DNA from: Aureliella sp.
GTDB lineage: Bacteria; Planctomycetota; Planctomycetia; Pirellulales; Pirellulaceae
Length of the DNA: 64,000 nucleotides
Direction: 5' to 3'
Assembly: GCA_963691875.1 (NCBI GenBank)
Contig: OY829846.1
Location: 320,001 to 384,000 of the forward strand
The notes under the pieces were generated by a model. It did not search any database. It saw only the letters and a program-made list of their open reading frames with translations, and was not told where the DNA came from. This document shows, piece after piece, positions 50,728-60,300 of this stretch (position 1 is its first letter; every line of letters starts with the position of its first letter). A program made the position numbers and the translations under genes.

Positions 50728-51087
50728 AACTGAAACGCCGACCAGATACATCTCGACCAAAGCCTCTTCAACACTAGTCTCGCCACGCTTGTAACGCTCG
50801 ATAATCTGCGTCTCAAACGGTAGCTTGCGCAGTCGTGGGACTTTCAATTCCACTTCCCCAGCCTTCGTCTGAAGCTTCCGAGTGTAGCTACCTGCTCGCG
50901 TATCAACGCGGTCCGCTGATCGTTCATACCTCTTCGCTTCAGTCAGTTGGTCCGCTTCAGCCTCTAGCAGGCTATTCAACGTTTCCTAAACAGAGCTACG
51001 AACAACTTCGTCTACATGACAGCGAAGCTGACTCTCTTCGACCTTGATCACGCTGGTCTTCGTCAGTTCCTCTGGTAAACTTCTCAT
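50728..51087 (-). pseudogene. IS256-family transposase N-terminal remnant
   Basis: LNSLLEAEADQL...YERS..R.DTRAGSYTRKLQTKAGEVELKVPRLR...EEALVEMYLVGVS; in-frame TAG near 50986; truncated at 50728. Confidence 0.88.
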
Positions 51088-51265
51088 CGGTGGTTGGTTG
51101 TTGTGTTAGGTTTTGATCGCAAAACATTTCCTAGCAGGTCAAGGAACACCTTTCAAATTTTGTGCGACGATTTAAGAAGTTACCAGTAGGAACGTTTCCT
51201 GCGAACGGCTTACAACGTAATTTGCAGTGAGAATCTGCGTCGGTTGAATGACGCGGACAAGTTGG

Positions 51266-51442
51266 ATGAGCACAAATCACAGATACGAGCCGAGGCACAG
51301 ACACTTCGTTGCGACGGCTGAGATCTTGCACATCCCTGACGGTTACCAGTTCAAGGATCCAGAAATTTACGAGAGGATTCGAATTGGAGCGGTTCCAATC
51401 ATGGACTCGTTGAAAGTTCACCAATCCACGAGGCAGAGCTGA
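51266..51442 (+). CDS. Possible small hypothetical protein (58 aa)
   Basis: Its TGA overlaps the next ATG (TGATG), suggesting translational coupling. Confidence 0.35.
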   Translation: MSTNHRYEPRHRHFVATAEILHIPDGYQFKDPEIYERIRIGAVPIMDSLKVHQSTRQS

Positions 51443-53106
51443 TGAATGACTTGCGTTTTGGGCTAGGCGATTTCGTCATGTGCAACCTTGGGCCGAGCGG
51501 TTGGAAGCTTGGACGAATTATAATGCTGCATTACCGCGAAGCTGAGTGGCCAGCCGGAAAAGAAGCTCCCTATCAAGTTGCGATTGAAGAGGATCACTTG
51601 CTCATCTACGTTCCAGAGGACGAAGACAGCTACTGCCGTGAACCAACACGTGAGGATTTGAGAATCGCCCGCTGCCTTGACGCTCTGGCCGAGCGACCCG
51701 CGGTACAAGCAACTGCAGCCAGTACTGAAACGACTGAGGCTCGAACTGAGTCCGAGCGACAAATTGCGGTAGCAAGTCTTGGCTGTGCGGATGACGCCAA
51801 GCGAGGTTACAGCCCAGGCTATCGTGATGGACGGTGCCACGGCTGCGACTGTTGTCCCAAGAACTGGACGAGCGTCGAGCTTTATAGCGAGCACTACCGG
51901 TGTGCGGAGAGGAACGGTCTGAAAGTCAGGCAGCATACTGTCGACCTCGGTACCGTCCGAGTTGGAGACTCAATACAACAACCCGATGTTGAGAGCCTGC
52001 CGAGCAAAGAAGGGTTTATGCAATCCCCTACGCTCATGCGGCTGCCGCCAGGCGTATTATTCACGGACGATGGAAGACTCGCCGGCCAAGTGCAATTCGA
52101 TCCACACCGTGAAGCCACGTATGAGGTCGATTTTGTTGCAGTGAGCACAGCCGACTGGGAAGATCCAGCAGTCGGCCTCGTTCGCTTGGAGATTACCTTC
52201 GTGGTAGAGGGTAATCATCCGCCGAGTGGATTTGATGTCGCTACTTTCGAACAGGAGCAGCAACGAGCAAACAAGATTGCCAACGAGATTTATAGTGACC
52301 TTGGTTACGCTTGGAACCAGTGGGAGCGGGGAGAACTCGACAATCGCGACACTTGCGAACAAATGTGTGCTGATCTTGGCCGACTTCGGCAGCTTCTTGA
52401 ACAGCATCCACGGCTTGACGGGGGAAGGTGGTGGGCTCAGCTCGGCGGGTATTATATGAATGTGCACAAACTGCTTGAGAACACACTTTTCGAATGCGAG
52501 CTCTATCTTGGCCACGCCCTCACGTTTGGCGATTCAGAAGTTCGCTGGCTGGCCGAGCAAAACCTTAGGGGTTGTTTCCAAAAGCGACTTTTGGAGGCGG
52601 CCCGGTTCATGTGGATCGATGGTCTGGAGCAGATGATGCGGGGTGAGTGGGCGGCAGCTGCGGAGACGTTGCGTCTCGCGGCCGCTAAGCGAGATGGTTG
52701 GGGCTGGGCGGTGAACTTCGGCGACATCTGGTTTAGCGAGTCGGCCGCGCGGCTGGTGCATGGCGCAATGCTCTTGGATTCCGATCCCGAAGATCGCACA
52801 GGGACTGAGTCGATCGACGAGGCGGAGCGATTGTTAAAACGGGGTGTGACGCGGACCGCTGAGGCGGGTTATTTTGGGCCGGAGGGGCACCCTTGGGCCT
52901 CGGAGATTGGAGAGGCCCTCGCGTCGTATCGAAGGCTAACCAGTAGCAGCGCGTACACCAGTCAATGGCTCGAAGCATTCAAAATGCGGACGACCTATTG
53001 GTGTGCGCAGGTACTAGGTGGCGCACCGCCATTCCCACCGACGATCAGACCCCGGAGAGAAGATGCTTCAGATCTGGTACAGCGTATCGTATCGCTTAAA
53101 GCATGA
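51442..53106 (+). CDS. Hypothetical multidomain protein (SH3-like N-terminus, Cys-rich segment, Ig-like domain, helical C-terminus)
   Basis: 554-aa ORF; LRFGLGDFVMC...WKLGRI...YRE..WP....PYQV; CHGCDCC; LPPGVLFTDDGRLAG. Confidence 0.75.
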   Translation: MNDLRFGLGDFVMCNLGPSGWKLGRIIMLHYREAEWPAGKEAPYQVAIEEDHLLIYVPEDEDSYCREPTREDLRIARCLDALAERPAVQATAASTETTEARTESERQIAVASLGCADDAKRGYSPGYRDGRCHGCDCCPKNWTSVELYSEHYRCAERNGLKVRQHTVDLGTVRVGDSIQQPDVESLPSKEGFMQSPTLMRLPPGVLFTDDGRLAGQVQFDPHREATYEVDFVAVSTADWEDPAVGLVRLEITFVVEGNHPPSGFDVATFEQEQQRANKIANEIYSDLGYAWNQWERGELDNRDTCEQMCADLGRLRQLLEQHPRLDGGRWWAQLGGYYMNVHKLLENTLFECELYLGHALTFGDSEVRWLAEQNLRGCFQKRLLEAARFMWIDGLEQMMRGEWAAAAETLRLAAAKRDGWGWAVNFGDIWFSESAARLVHGAMLLDSDPEDRTGTESIDEAERLLKRGVTRTAEAGYFGPEGHPWASEIGEALASYRRLTSSSAYTSQWLEAFKMRTTYWCAQVLGGAPPFPPTIRPRREDASDLVQRIVSLKA

Positions 53107-53593
53107 AACAGATCAACGCGCGGTCATAATGCCTAAGATTCGATGACTCCTTGCAACACTTTGATGCCCATCTACCGTTCCACCGCGGGCGTTGTTAGCG
53201 TGTTCATGTACTCGAGCTATTTCACTTTATCCACTTTCACATCTCCAGGGGTGACGATCCCGATGAGGCGCTTTTGCTTGTCGACGAGTGACTGAATCTC
53301 ATCGCGAAATAGCTGGTAGTTGTCGTAGTGGGTCTGAGTGATCGAGTTGAGTTGTTTTGAAAGAAGTCGATTGGGTTAAACCAATAAGATGCGTAAATCG
53401 ACCGGTTCTTCGCTTCGTTTTCAGTCTTGATTAACGCAACCCCATGCTTGGTCAGCTCGCTTATCAGTGCAAAAGCGAGACCATTGCATCGCAAGGCAAC
53501 TCCCAGTTTCTCAGCCAGCGTAGTTGCCTCATTGATGACCGAGATAGGACGAGCAGGTTTCAACCCTAACAGATCGAGGATACGACGGGCAGC

Positions 53594-53845
53594 GTGACGA
53601 ATTTGCCTCGAGCGACTGGAACCGACGCGTCAGTTGCCTCCGGAATATTCGCTGCGGCGATTCTTCAGTTTGGGATGGAAGCGAAGGATGCGTCCCGAGT
53701 CGCCGATGGTCTGACAGCGGCAGCCAACAAGAGCTTCAACAGTGTGGAGTCGCTGGGTGAAGCATTGTCTTATGCCGGTCCCGTCGCCGCCGATGCCAAC
53801 CTGAGTTTGGAAGAGACGCTGGCAATTCTGGGTACGCTTGAAGTG
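53594..53845 (+). pseudogene. Phage tail tape-measure protein (TP901-type core) fragment
   Basis: QFGMEAKDASRVADGLTAAANKSFNSVESLGEALSYAGPVAADANLSLEETLAILGTL is the typical tape-measure core; both ends are missing. Confidence 0.85.
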
Positions 53846-54144
53846 TGCCGGATTCGCACGCGACTTTGCGGAGGTGAGCGAAGAGAGGCGTAGTCGAGGT
53901 TCTGCTTTCACTCCTCATCGCGATTAGGCGGCCGATGCAACGCTCGCGCGACAATGGAGCAAGTTAAGCAGAATTATTGGGTTGTCTGGTAGTCCATAGC
54001 GTCAGACGAAGCATGTCGATGACCAGCAACTTCGTTGAATTCGTTTGCGATTATCGCCGTCGGAGGAGTCACATGTGGGGTGGGTAACTTTGGCGGACTG
54101 GAATCTGAAGCAATCAATCGAAGAGGAAATACTGCTGGGAACGT

Positions 54145-54153
54145 TGTGGATAA
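54145..54153 (-). promoter_or_regulatory. Consensus DnaA box
   Basis: TGTGGATAA, whose reverse complement is TTATCCACA, 5 bp upstream of the -35 hexamer. Confidence 0.6.
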
Positions 54154-54158
54154 CTTGT

Positions 54159-54186
54159 TTGACAGCAATTGCGAAATCGCTATACT
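54159..54186 (+). promoter_or_regulatory. Sigma70-type promoter of the nrd operon
   Basis: TTGACA-16 nt-TATACT; the predicted start falls just before riboswitch helix P1. Confidence 0.8.
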
Positions 54187-54194
54187 TTGGCTCG

Positions 54195-54438
54195 TTCGTG
54201 GTGGCGAAGTTTGGAATCTCCAGACTTCGTGAACAGGGAACTTCGGTGCGTTTTCGGCTTCGGCCAGAAAACAAATCCGGGACGGTCCGGCCGCTGTGAA
54301 CCGCTGCAACGGAAATGTTGCAATCGATACTTCTTCTTTACGAAGGCCATTGTTTGTGTGTTTGCCCACCAAGGGTGAACGACGAGGATGAGAAGGCAGC
54401 GAGTATTCGATGCGGTGAGTCAGAAGACCTACCACGAA
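54195..54438 (+). ncRNA. Cobalamin (AdoCbl) riboswitch
   Basis: P1 TTCGTGGTGG / CTACCACGAA; AACAGGGAA, CGGTG...AAATCCG, GCCGCTGTGA, GCCATTG...GAGAAGG and B12-box GAGTCAGAAGACCT; upstream of a B12-independent RNR. Confidence 0.93.
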
Positions 54439-54661
54439 ATAGACGATTGAGTGCCCTCTTGGATTGGGGCGATCGTTGCAAGCGACGATGGATGTCGGCG
54501 ACATGATGTCTGCGTTGTTTGGATTTTCAACCTTTCTTTTGCACGGTCAAAAGTAGCAGCTACTTACGCGCAATGACGTTGTGCGTTTGCGCTGAGCTTT
54601 CATCTGTGCACCAATGGACGTCAGCCGCATCACGGAAGCAGGCGTCAAAAGGAGTTGTTGC

Positions 54662-57502
54662 ATGAGTGCTGCCCCCAAGACGGCTGTCGTTCGCAAACGC
54701 GATGGACGCATCGTCGATTTTGAACCCTCTCGAGTTGCTACCGCAATCGAAAGAGCTTTCCGCGCAGAGATGAATCTTGCCGATGGCCAGCCGTTTGATA
54801 ACGAGATTCTGCAAGACATCTCATCCATCGTTGAGGAGGTTGCTGTAGTCGTCATCGCCCGCGAAGCGACCCAACCCGCAACGGTGGAACAAATTCAAGA
54901 TGTCGTCGAAATGGGGTTAATGCGTCGCGAGCATTTTCGAGTCGCGAGGCGATACATCCTCTATCGCACCGAACATGCACGAATGCGTGCCATTCGCGGA
55001 GAGGAACTGCAGCTCGATTCGCTCGAAGATCGGCGGCAAGAAGAGCAACGGCTGTTTGTCGAGATTGAGCCTGGTGTACGAGTCCCGTTTGATGTTGTGC
55101 GCCTGCAACGCTTTCTTGAAAACTGCGAATCCTCGAAACGCAGCGAGGTCAACGCCGCCGAAATCGTGGACGAAGTGGTACGTGGTGCATTCGATGGCAT
55201 GACACCAGAAGATGTCACTCGCGCCTTAGTGCTTTCGGCACGGAGCCGGATTGAGCGAGATCCGGCGTACGATGACCTAGCGGCGGAGCTGCAAGCTAGC
55301 ATCATTTATCGCCAAGCTATCGGACAAAGCCAGTTCGCTGGTCAGTTTGAACAAGTTTATCGCGATCGTTTCGAGCACTACGTTATCGAAGGCGTGCGGG
55401 CGGGACGTTTGTCCGGAGACCTGCGAGGTTTCGATCTCGTCAAAATTGCGGCGGCTCTTGAGCCCAGCCGAGACAAGAGCTTTCGTTACCTCGGCTTGCA
55501 AACGATTTACGATCGTTATCTTCTTCACATCGATGGACGTCGTATCGAGACACCGCAGTACTTCTGGATGCGTGTTGCAATGGGACTCGCTCTCGGCGAA
55601 TCGGAAGAATCCCGAACGCAGCGAGCTATCGAGTTCTACGAACTCCTGTCGTCGATGCGTTTCACCAGCGCGACGCCGACCCTTTTCAACTCTGGAACAC
55701 CTTACCCACAACTCAGTAGTTGCTATCTAACGACGGTCCAGGACGACTTGGATCACATCTTCAAGTCAATTGGCGATAACGCTCGCTTGTCGAAGTGGGC
55801 TGGTGGTTTGGGGAACGATTGGACAAACATCCGGGCAACGGGTGCCAGGATTAAAGGGACCAATGGCGAGAGCCAAGGTGTAATTCCGTTCTTGAAGATC
55901 GTAAATGATGCTGCCGTCGCGGTGAACCAAGGTGGTAAACGCAAGGGTGCGGTCTGCGCGTACATGGAGCCGTGGCATCTCGATTTCGTTGAGTTCCTGG
56001 ACCTTCGCAAGAACACGGGCGACGATCGCAGGCGGACCCATGACATGCATACCGCCGCTTGGATTCCGGATCTTTTTATGCAAAGACTCGAAGCGGGCGA
56101 AGACTGGACTTTGTTCAGCCCAGATGAAGTACCCGATTTGCATGACATCTATGGTCAAGCGTTTCGAGAGCGTTACGAGCACTACGAAGCAGAGGCCGCT
56201 GCTGGTCGTATCCGGCAACATCGCAGAATGCCGGCTGTCGAGCTCTGGCGAAAGTTGTTGACGCGTACATTTGAAACGGGACATCCTTGGGTCACTTTCA
56301 AAGATCCGTCCAACATCCGCTCTCCACAAGATCACGTTGGCGTTGTGCACAGTAGCAACCTCTGCACCGAGATTCTTTTGAATACCAGCGAAGATGAAAC
56401 AGCGGTTTGCAATCTGGGAAGCATTAACCTCGGACGTCACGTTGTAGAGGGCAAGCTCGATCTAGAGTTGTTGCGAGACACAATCAACACTGCCATGCGG
56501 ATGCTCGACAACGTAATCGACATCAACTACTACCCTACCCCGGAAGCGAAGAACGCGAACCTTCGACACCGGCCGGTGGGCTTAGGTCTGATGGGATACC
56601 AGGACGCATTGAGTGCGTTGCATATCCCTGTCGCTAGTGACGAAGCGGTCCAGTTCGCAGATTCGTCAATGGAGGCGATCAGCTATTTCGCACTGTTGGC
56701 ATCAAGCAACCTGGCTGCCGAGCGCGGAACCTATGAATCCTACGCCGGATCAAAATGGGATCGTGGCCTCCTGCCCATCGACACGGTTCAGCTGCTCGAG
56801 GAAGAACGGTGTGATAGCCTCGAAATTGGTCGTGATACGACGCTGGAATGGCAGGAGGTTCGTGACCAGATCGCCAAACACGGTATGCGGAACAGCAACT
56901 GCCTAGCCATCGCGCCAACGGCAACCATCTCAACGATCGTCGGCTGCACACAGTCGATTGAACCGACTTACAAACAACTCTATTCCAAGAGCAATTTGTC
57001 GGGAGAGTTCACACAGACCAACTTCACGCTGGTAAGCGAACTGAAAGCACGGGGGCTTTGGAATCCCGAAACACTTGACGCTCTGAAGTACTACGACGGT
57101 GCGATCGGAGAGATCCAGCAGATCCCCGATGAACTGAAGAAGCGATTTGCGACTGCTTTCGAGATCGACCCGTCGTGGTTGATTCGTGCCGCGTCGGCTC
57201 GTCAGAAATGGATCGATCAAGGGCAGTCGCTCAATTTGTACTTGGCTGCTCCAAGTGGCAAAGCGATCGATGCCATGTATCGCATGGCGTGGAAAGCTGG
57301 CCTCAAGACCACCTACTACCTGCGATCACTCGCCGCGACTCAAGTGGAAAAATCAACAGTCGATGTGAACCGGCACGGTATCCAGCCGCGCTGGATGAAG
57401 TCGCAAAGTCAATCATCTGCGATCCGTGTTGATCGTGTCGAGGCGGCAACAAACCCCGCCACGTGCAGCATCGATGATCCGGACTGCGAGGCTTGCCAAT
57501 AG
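54662..57502 (+). CDS. nrdA: Class I ribonucleotide reductase alpha subunit with one clear and one degenerate ATP-cone
   Basis: [18 protein letters not shown]...[12 protein letters not shown]-cone; [44 protein letters not shown]-terminal [12 protein letters not shown]. Confidence 0.97.
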   Translation: MSAAPKTAVVRKRDGRIVDFEPSRVATAIERAFRAEMNLADGQPFDNEILQDISSIVEEVAVVVIAREATQPATVEQIQDVVEMGLMRREHFRVARRYILYRTEHARMRAIRGEELQLDSLEDRRQEEQRLFVEIEPGVRVPFDVVRLQRFLENCESSKRSEVNAAEIVDEVVRGAFDGMTPEDVTRALVLSARSRIERDPAYDDLAAELQASIIYRQAIGQSQFAGQFEQVYRDRFEHYVIEGVRAGRLSGDLRGFDLVKIAAALEPSRDKSFRYLGLQTIYDRYLLHIDGRRIETPQYFWMRVAMGLALGESEESRTQRAIEFYELLSSMRFTSATPTLFNSGTPYPQLSSCYLTTVQDDLDHIFKSIGDNARLSKWAGGLGNDWTNIRATGARIKGTNGESQGVIPFLKIVNDAAVAVNQGGKRKGAVCAYMEPWHLDFVEFLDLRKNTGDDRRRTHDMHTAAWIPDLFMQRLEAGEDWTLFSPDEVPDLHDIYGQAFRERYEHYEAEAAAGRIRQHRRMPAVELWRKLLTRTFETGHPWVTFKDPSNIRSPQDHVGVVHSSNLCTEILLNTSEDETAVCNLGSINLGRHVVEGKLDLELLRDTINTAMRMLDNVIDINYYPTPEAKNANLRHRPVGLGLMGYQDALSALHIPVASDEAVQFADSSMEAISYFALLASSNLAAERGTYESYAGSKWDRGLLPIDTVQLLEEERCDSLEIGRDTTLEWQEVRDQIAKHGMRNSNCLAIAPTATISTIVGCTQSIEPTYKQLYSKSNLSGEFTQTNFTLVSELKARGLWNPETLDALKYYDGAIGEIQQIPDELKKRFATAFEIDPSWLIRAASARQKWIDQGQSLNLYLAAPSGKAIDAMYRMAWKAGLKTTYYLRSLAATQVEKSTVDVNRHGIQPRWMKSQSQSSAIRVDRVEAATNPATCSIDDPDCEACQ

Positions 57503-57504
57503 GC

Positions 57505-57786
57505 ATGCTGTTCTACCTCAATTGGATTGAACGTGGATTCCGAGTGTTCCACAAGCCGGGCGTGTCTCGAGCTTGGATACGAGTGGAATCCGATGGTCGC
57601 CAATTGATTTTGACGGATACCGGTGGATTTGATCTGCCAAATCGTAACGGGCCTTTCCAGATCTGCGTTCTCAACCAAGACGACGAGTTTACGGAAGGCC
57701 CCGTCACACTTCCAAACCGACTCGCTCTCGCTCGTTGGCTACGCGAGCGGAGCACGATTCCTATTCCGACCGACCCAAGGATGTAA
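57505..57786 (+). CDS. Hypothetical 93-aa protein between nrdA and nrdB
   Basis: Fills the gap exactly: ATG 2 nt after the nrdA stop, TAA 4 nt before the nrdB ATG. Confidence 0.7.
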   Translation: MLFYLNWIERGFRVFHKPGVSRAWIRVESDGRQLILTDTGGFDLPNRNGPFQICVLNQDDEFTEGPVTLPNRLALARWLRERSTIPIPTDPRM

Positions 57787-57790
57787 TGCC

Positions 57791-58843
57791 ATGTCTATCG
57801 TATCACCGCAAACCAAGTCCCCTTCCTCCAATCGCTTCGACGCGACGGATAAGCGACTGATCAACTGCAATCAAGTCGACGTCAATCAGCTCATGCCGCT
57901 GAAATACAACTGGGCATGGGAGCACTACCAAAACGGATGTGCGAATCATTGGATGCCGACAGAAGTACCGATGACCAAGGACATTGAAACTTGGCGTAGC
58001 GACAAACTCACTGACGCTGAAAGACGCGTTATCATGCGAAACCTAGGCTTCTTTTCAACTGCAGAGAGTCTGGTTGGTAATAACTTAGTTCTGGCGATCT
58101 TCAAGCATGTCACCAACGCCGAGTGCCGGCAGTACTTACTACGTCAAGCATTCGAGGAAGCGGTCCACTCCCATACCTTTTTGTACGTAGTGGACTCTCT
58201 AGGACTCGACGAGGGCGAAGTATTCAACATGTACCACGAGGTGCCCGCGATTGCTCGCAAAGATACGTTTGAGACGGAGTTGACCGCGGAAGTTCTTTCT
58301 GAAGACTTCTCAACTGCGACGGATGAAGGTGCACAGGCCTTTCTGAAGAACCTTATTGGCTACTACCTGATCATGGAAGGCGTATTCTTCTACACCGGTT
58401 TCGTCATGATGCTTTCTTTCCATCGTCGTAATTTGATGACAGGAATTGGCGAGCAGTTCCAGTATATCTTACGCGACGAAACCATCCACTTGAATTTCGG
58501 GATTGATCTCATCAACGGTATCAAGGCAGAGAACCCTCAATTGTGGACAGCTGAGTTTCAGCAATCGATGATTGATCGGGTCAAACAAGCCGTCGAACTG
58601 GAGTTGGACTATGCCGCCGACTGTCTCCCAGCAGGCATCATGGGGCTGAATGCAGGATTATTCCGTGACTATGTCCAACACATCGCCGACCGCCGTCTAG
58701 AACGCATCGGGCTACCGATGCAATATGGCTCGTCGAACCCGTTTCCCTGGATGAGCGAGACAATGGATCTGGCCAAAGAGAAGAACTTCTTCGAGACACG
58801 CGTTACCGAGTACCAGTCTGCAGGAAGCCTCAGCTGGGATTAG
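57791..58843 (+). CDS. nrdB: Ribonucleotide reductase beta subunit with class Ic (Mn/Fe R2c) signature
   Basis: [20 protein letters not shown] (E92), EEAVHSHTF (F130 at the radical-Tyr position), [24 protein letters not shown]. Confidence 0.95.
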   Translation: MSIVSPQTKSPSSNRFDATDKRLINCNQVDVNQLMPLKYNWAWEHYQNGCANHWMPTEVPMTKDIETWRSDKLTDAERRVIMRNLGFFSTAESLVGNNLVLAIFKHVTNAECRQYLLRQAFEEAVHSHTFLYVVDSLGLDEGEVFNMYHEVPAIARKDTFETELTAEVLSEDFSTATDEGAQAFLKNLIGYYLIMEGVFFYTGFVMMLSFHRRNLMTGIGEQFQYILRDETIHLNFGIDLINGIKAENPQLWTAEFQQSMIDRVKQAVELELDYAADCLPAGIMGLNAGLFRDYVQHIADRRLERIGLPMQYGSSNPFPWMSETMDLAKEKNFFETRVTEYQSAGSLSWD

Positions 58844-59089
58844 TTTTGTTTGGAGAAGCGTTCGAAGCTTGATCACTGTGCTTTGCCGGCGGATAGCCCA
58901 GTGATCGCGTGAATCCCGTTGAAACGCAAGTAGACAGACAGTGCGGCTGCCACTGCGGCAACCTCGCTGGCAATCCCCATAGTTGAATTCAACTATTCGC
59001 CGTGGGGGTGCACGTGTGGGATGACGGCATCAGCGCGGTCCTGGATCAACCGTATCCCCCTGATCGACGCCGGAACCAACATCTGAATT

Positions 59090-59320
59090 TCGGCACGCTG
59101 TCGTCCCATCCGTCGCTATTGAAGTCCTGGCCAACGGTCAAGAAGTTATCGGAATAGCCTTTCGGGTCGTACCTTTTCACATCCTGGTAGGCATGCTTTT
59201 TCGCGAACTCTGGAACCTCGTAACAGAATGGTCCCCAGACAACATCCATAGCCCTGTCATTGTTGGAGTCGCAGAGGAAAGCTTCTTCATCATAGAACTC
59301 TGGAGAAAGTTGTTTTGTAC
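59090..59320 (-). pseudogene. FG-GAP/VCBS-repeat protein remnant
   Basis: KQLSPEFY...DSNNDRAMDVVWGPF...YSDNFL...DFNSDGWDD; truncated. Confidence 0.6.
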
Positions 59321-59329
59321 CTCAGTGAA

Positions 59330-60000
59330 TGACTTTGCGGTTCAGATCTGCGGCCGGTGAAAGCTCGATAATTGACGGCAGCTCTACTTTTTCGGAAGTC
59401 GACCTCAGCCCCTTCCGCTTGCAACGAGATTGGGTCTGCTCTCGTCTTACGGTCATGGCCTTCGTTGACGCAATCTCCATTAATCCAAACTCGAATCTTG
59501 TCGCCCAAGCACTCGACGGCCATCGTGTTCCAGTGTCCTAGGGGCTTTTCATTACCATCGGGCAGATTGACGATGTGTCGTGACTCCCACCGTTCTCCGC
59601 CCTAATTTCCGCTCGGTCCCTTGCAACTTTTTTCCAGATCGGGCTGGGAATTTTTCATGGATACACCAAAAATCGCTCGCTGCTTGATGTTGCATCTGTA
59701 CTTCTAAAGAAGCGGGGAACATCTCGTAGAGAACACGTGGACGCTTTCCATCCGTATGAACAAGCACACCGCCGTTTCCAGGGTTGTCTAGGAACCGGTA
59801 TTGAACGTCGAGCCGTTAGTCCCAATACGACTTGTCAGAAATCAAGTGGCCTCCGTGTACTCCCATGCTGACTAAATTTCCATCGCGATCCGCAAAACTC
59901 GGTTTCACGCTTGGAATGGCATCTGCTTTGGGAGCATCAGCATACAGCCGTCTAAGTTCTTCCCGTTAAAGAGCGGAATAATTGGTGGGGTGTTACTCTG
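59330..60000 (-). pseudogene. DUF1080 (3-keto-disaccharide hydrolase-like) pseudogene
   Basis: IPLFNGKNLDG, GNGGVLVH, SLEVQM, DFWCI, VWING and ISLQAEGAEVDFR in different frames, with an internal stop. Confidence 0.8.
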
Positions 60001-60300
60001 CGAGTTTGCCGTTGGAAGGAACGGACGCTGAATGCAAGAGACAACGAGAATCACAATACTCTCGAAATAACTAGTGTTGCGGGTACACTCCTAGTTAAGC
60101 TTGCTGGGGCGTAGAAGCGGACGTGAGGAATCATCACCTACCCTGCGAAACGTCTTCTTCCTTTGAGCAACTGGCCTCCGTCCGAGCCATCCAAGGTGAT
60201 AGGGCTGTTGCTCCAAGAAACTCTGCCCTACTTCGGCCGAACTTAGTCTCACTCGTCGACCTTCCACGAGTCGTTTGGCATGTTTCTTACCCAGCGGGTT

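Noticed and set aside
53227..54153. Replication origin (TTATCCACT at 53227 plus the DnaA box at 54145)
   Set aside because: Only two boxes about 900 bp apart, with no cluster or AT-rich unwinding element.
53974..54504. 176-aa minus-strand ORF
   Set aside because: Antisense to the nrd promoter and cobalamin riboswitch; low-complexity translation; likely spurious.
54100..54660. NrdR boxes at the nrd promoter
   Set aside because: No convincing match to the acaC.AtATaT.Gtg palindrome by eye.
54662..57502. Intein or intron in nrdA
   Set aside because: Catalytic motifs are normally spaced and no splice-junction motifs are seen; the extra length is explained by ATP-cones.
57623..57790. N-terminal extension of nrdB as given in the ORF track
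   Set aside because: It overlaps the better-placed 57505-57786 ORF; R2 similarity starts after the ATG at 57791, which has AAGGA upstream.
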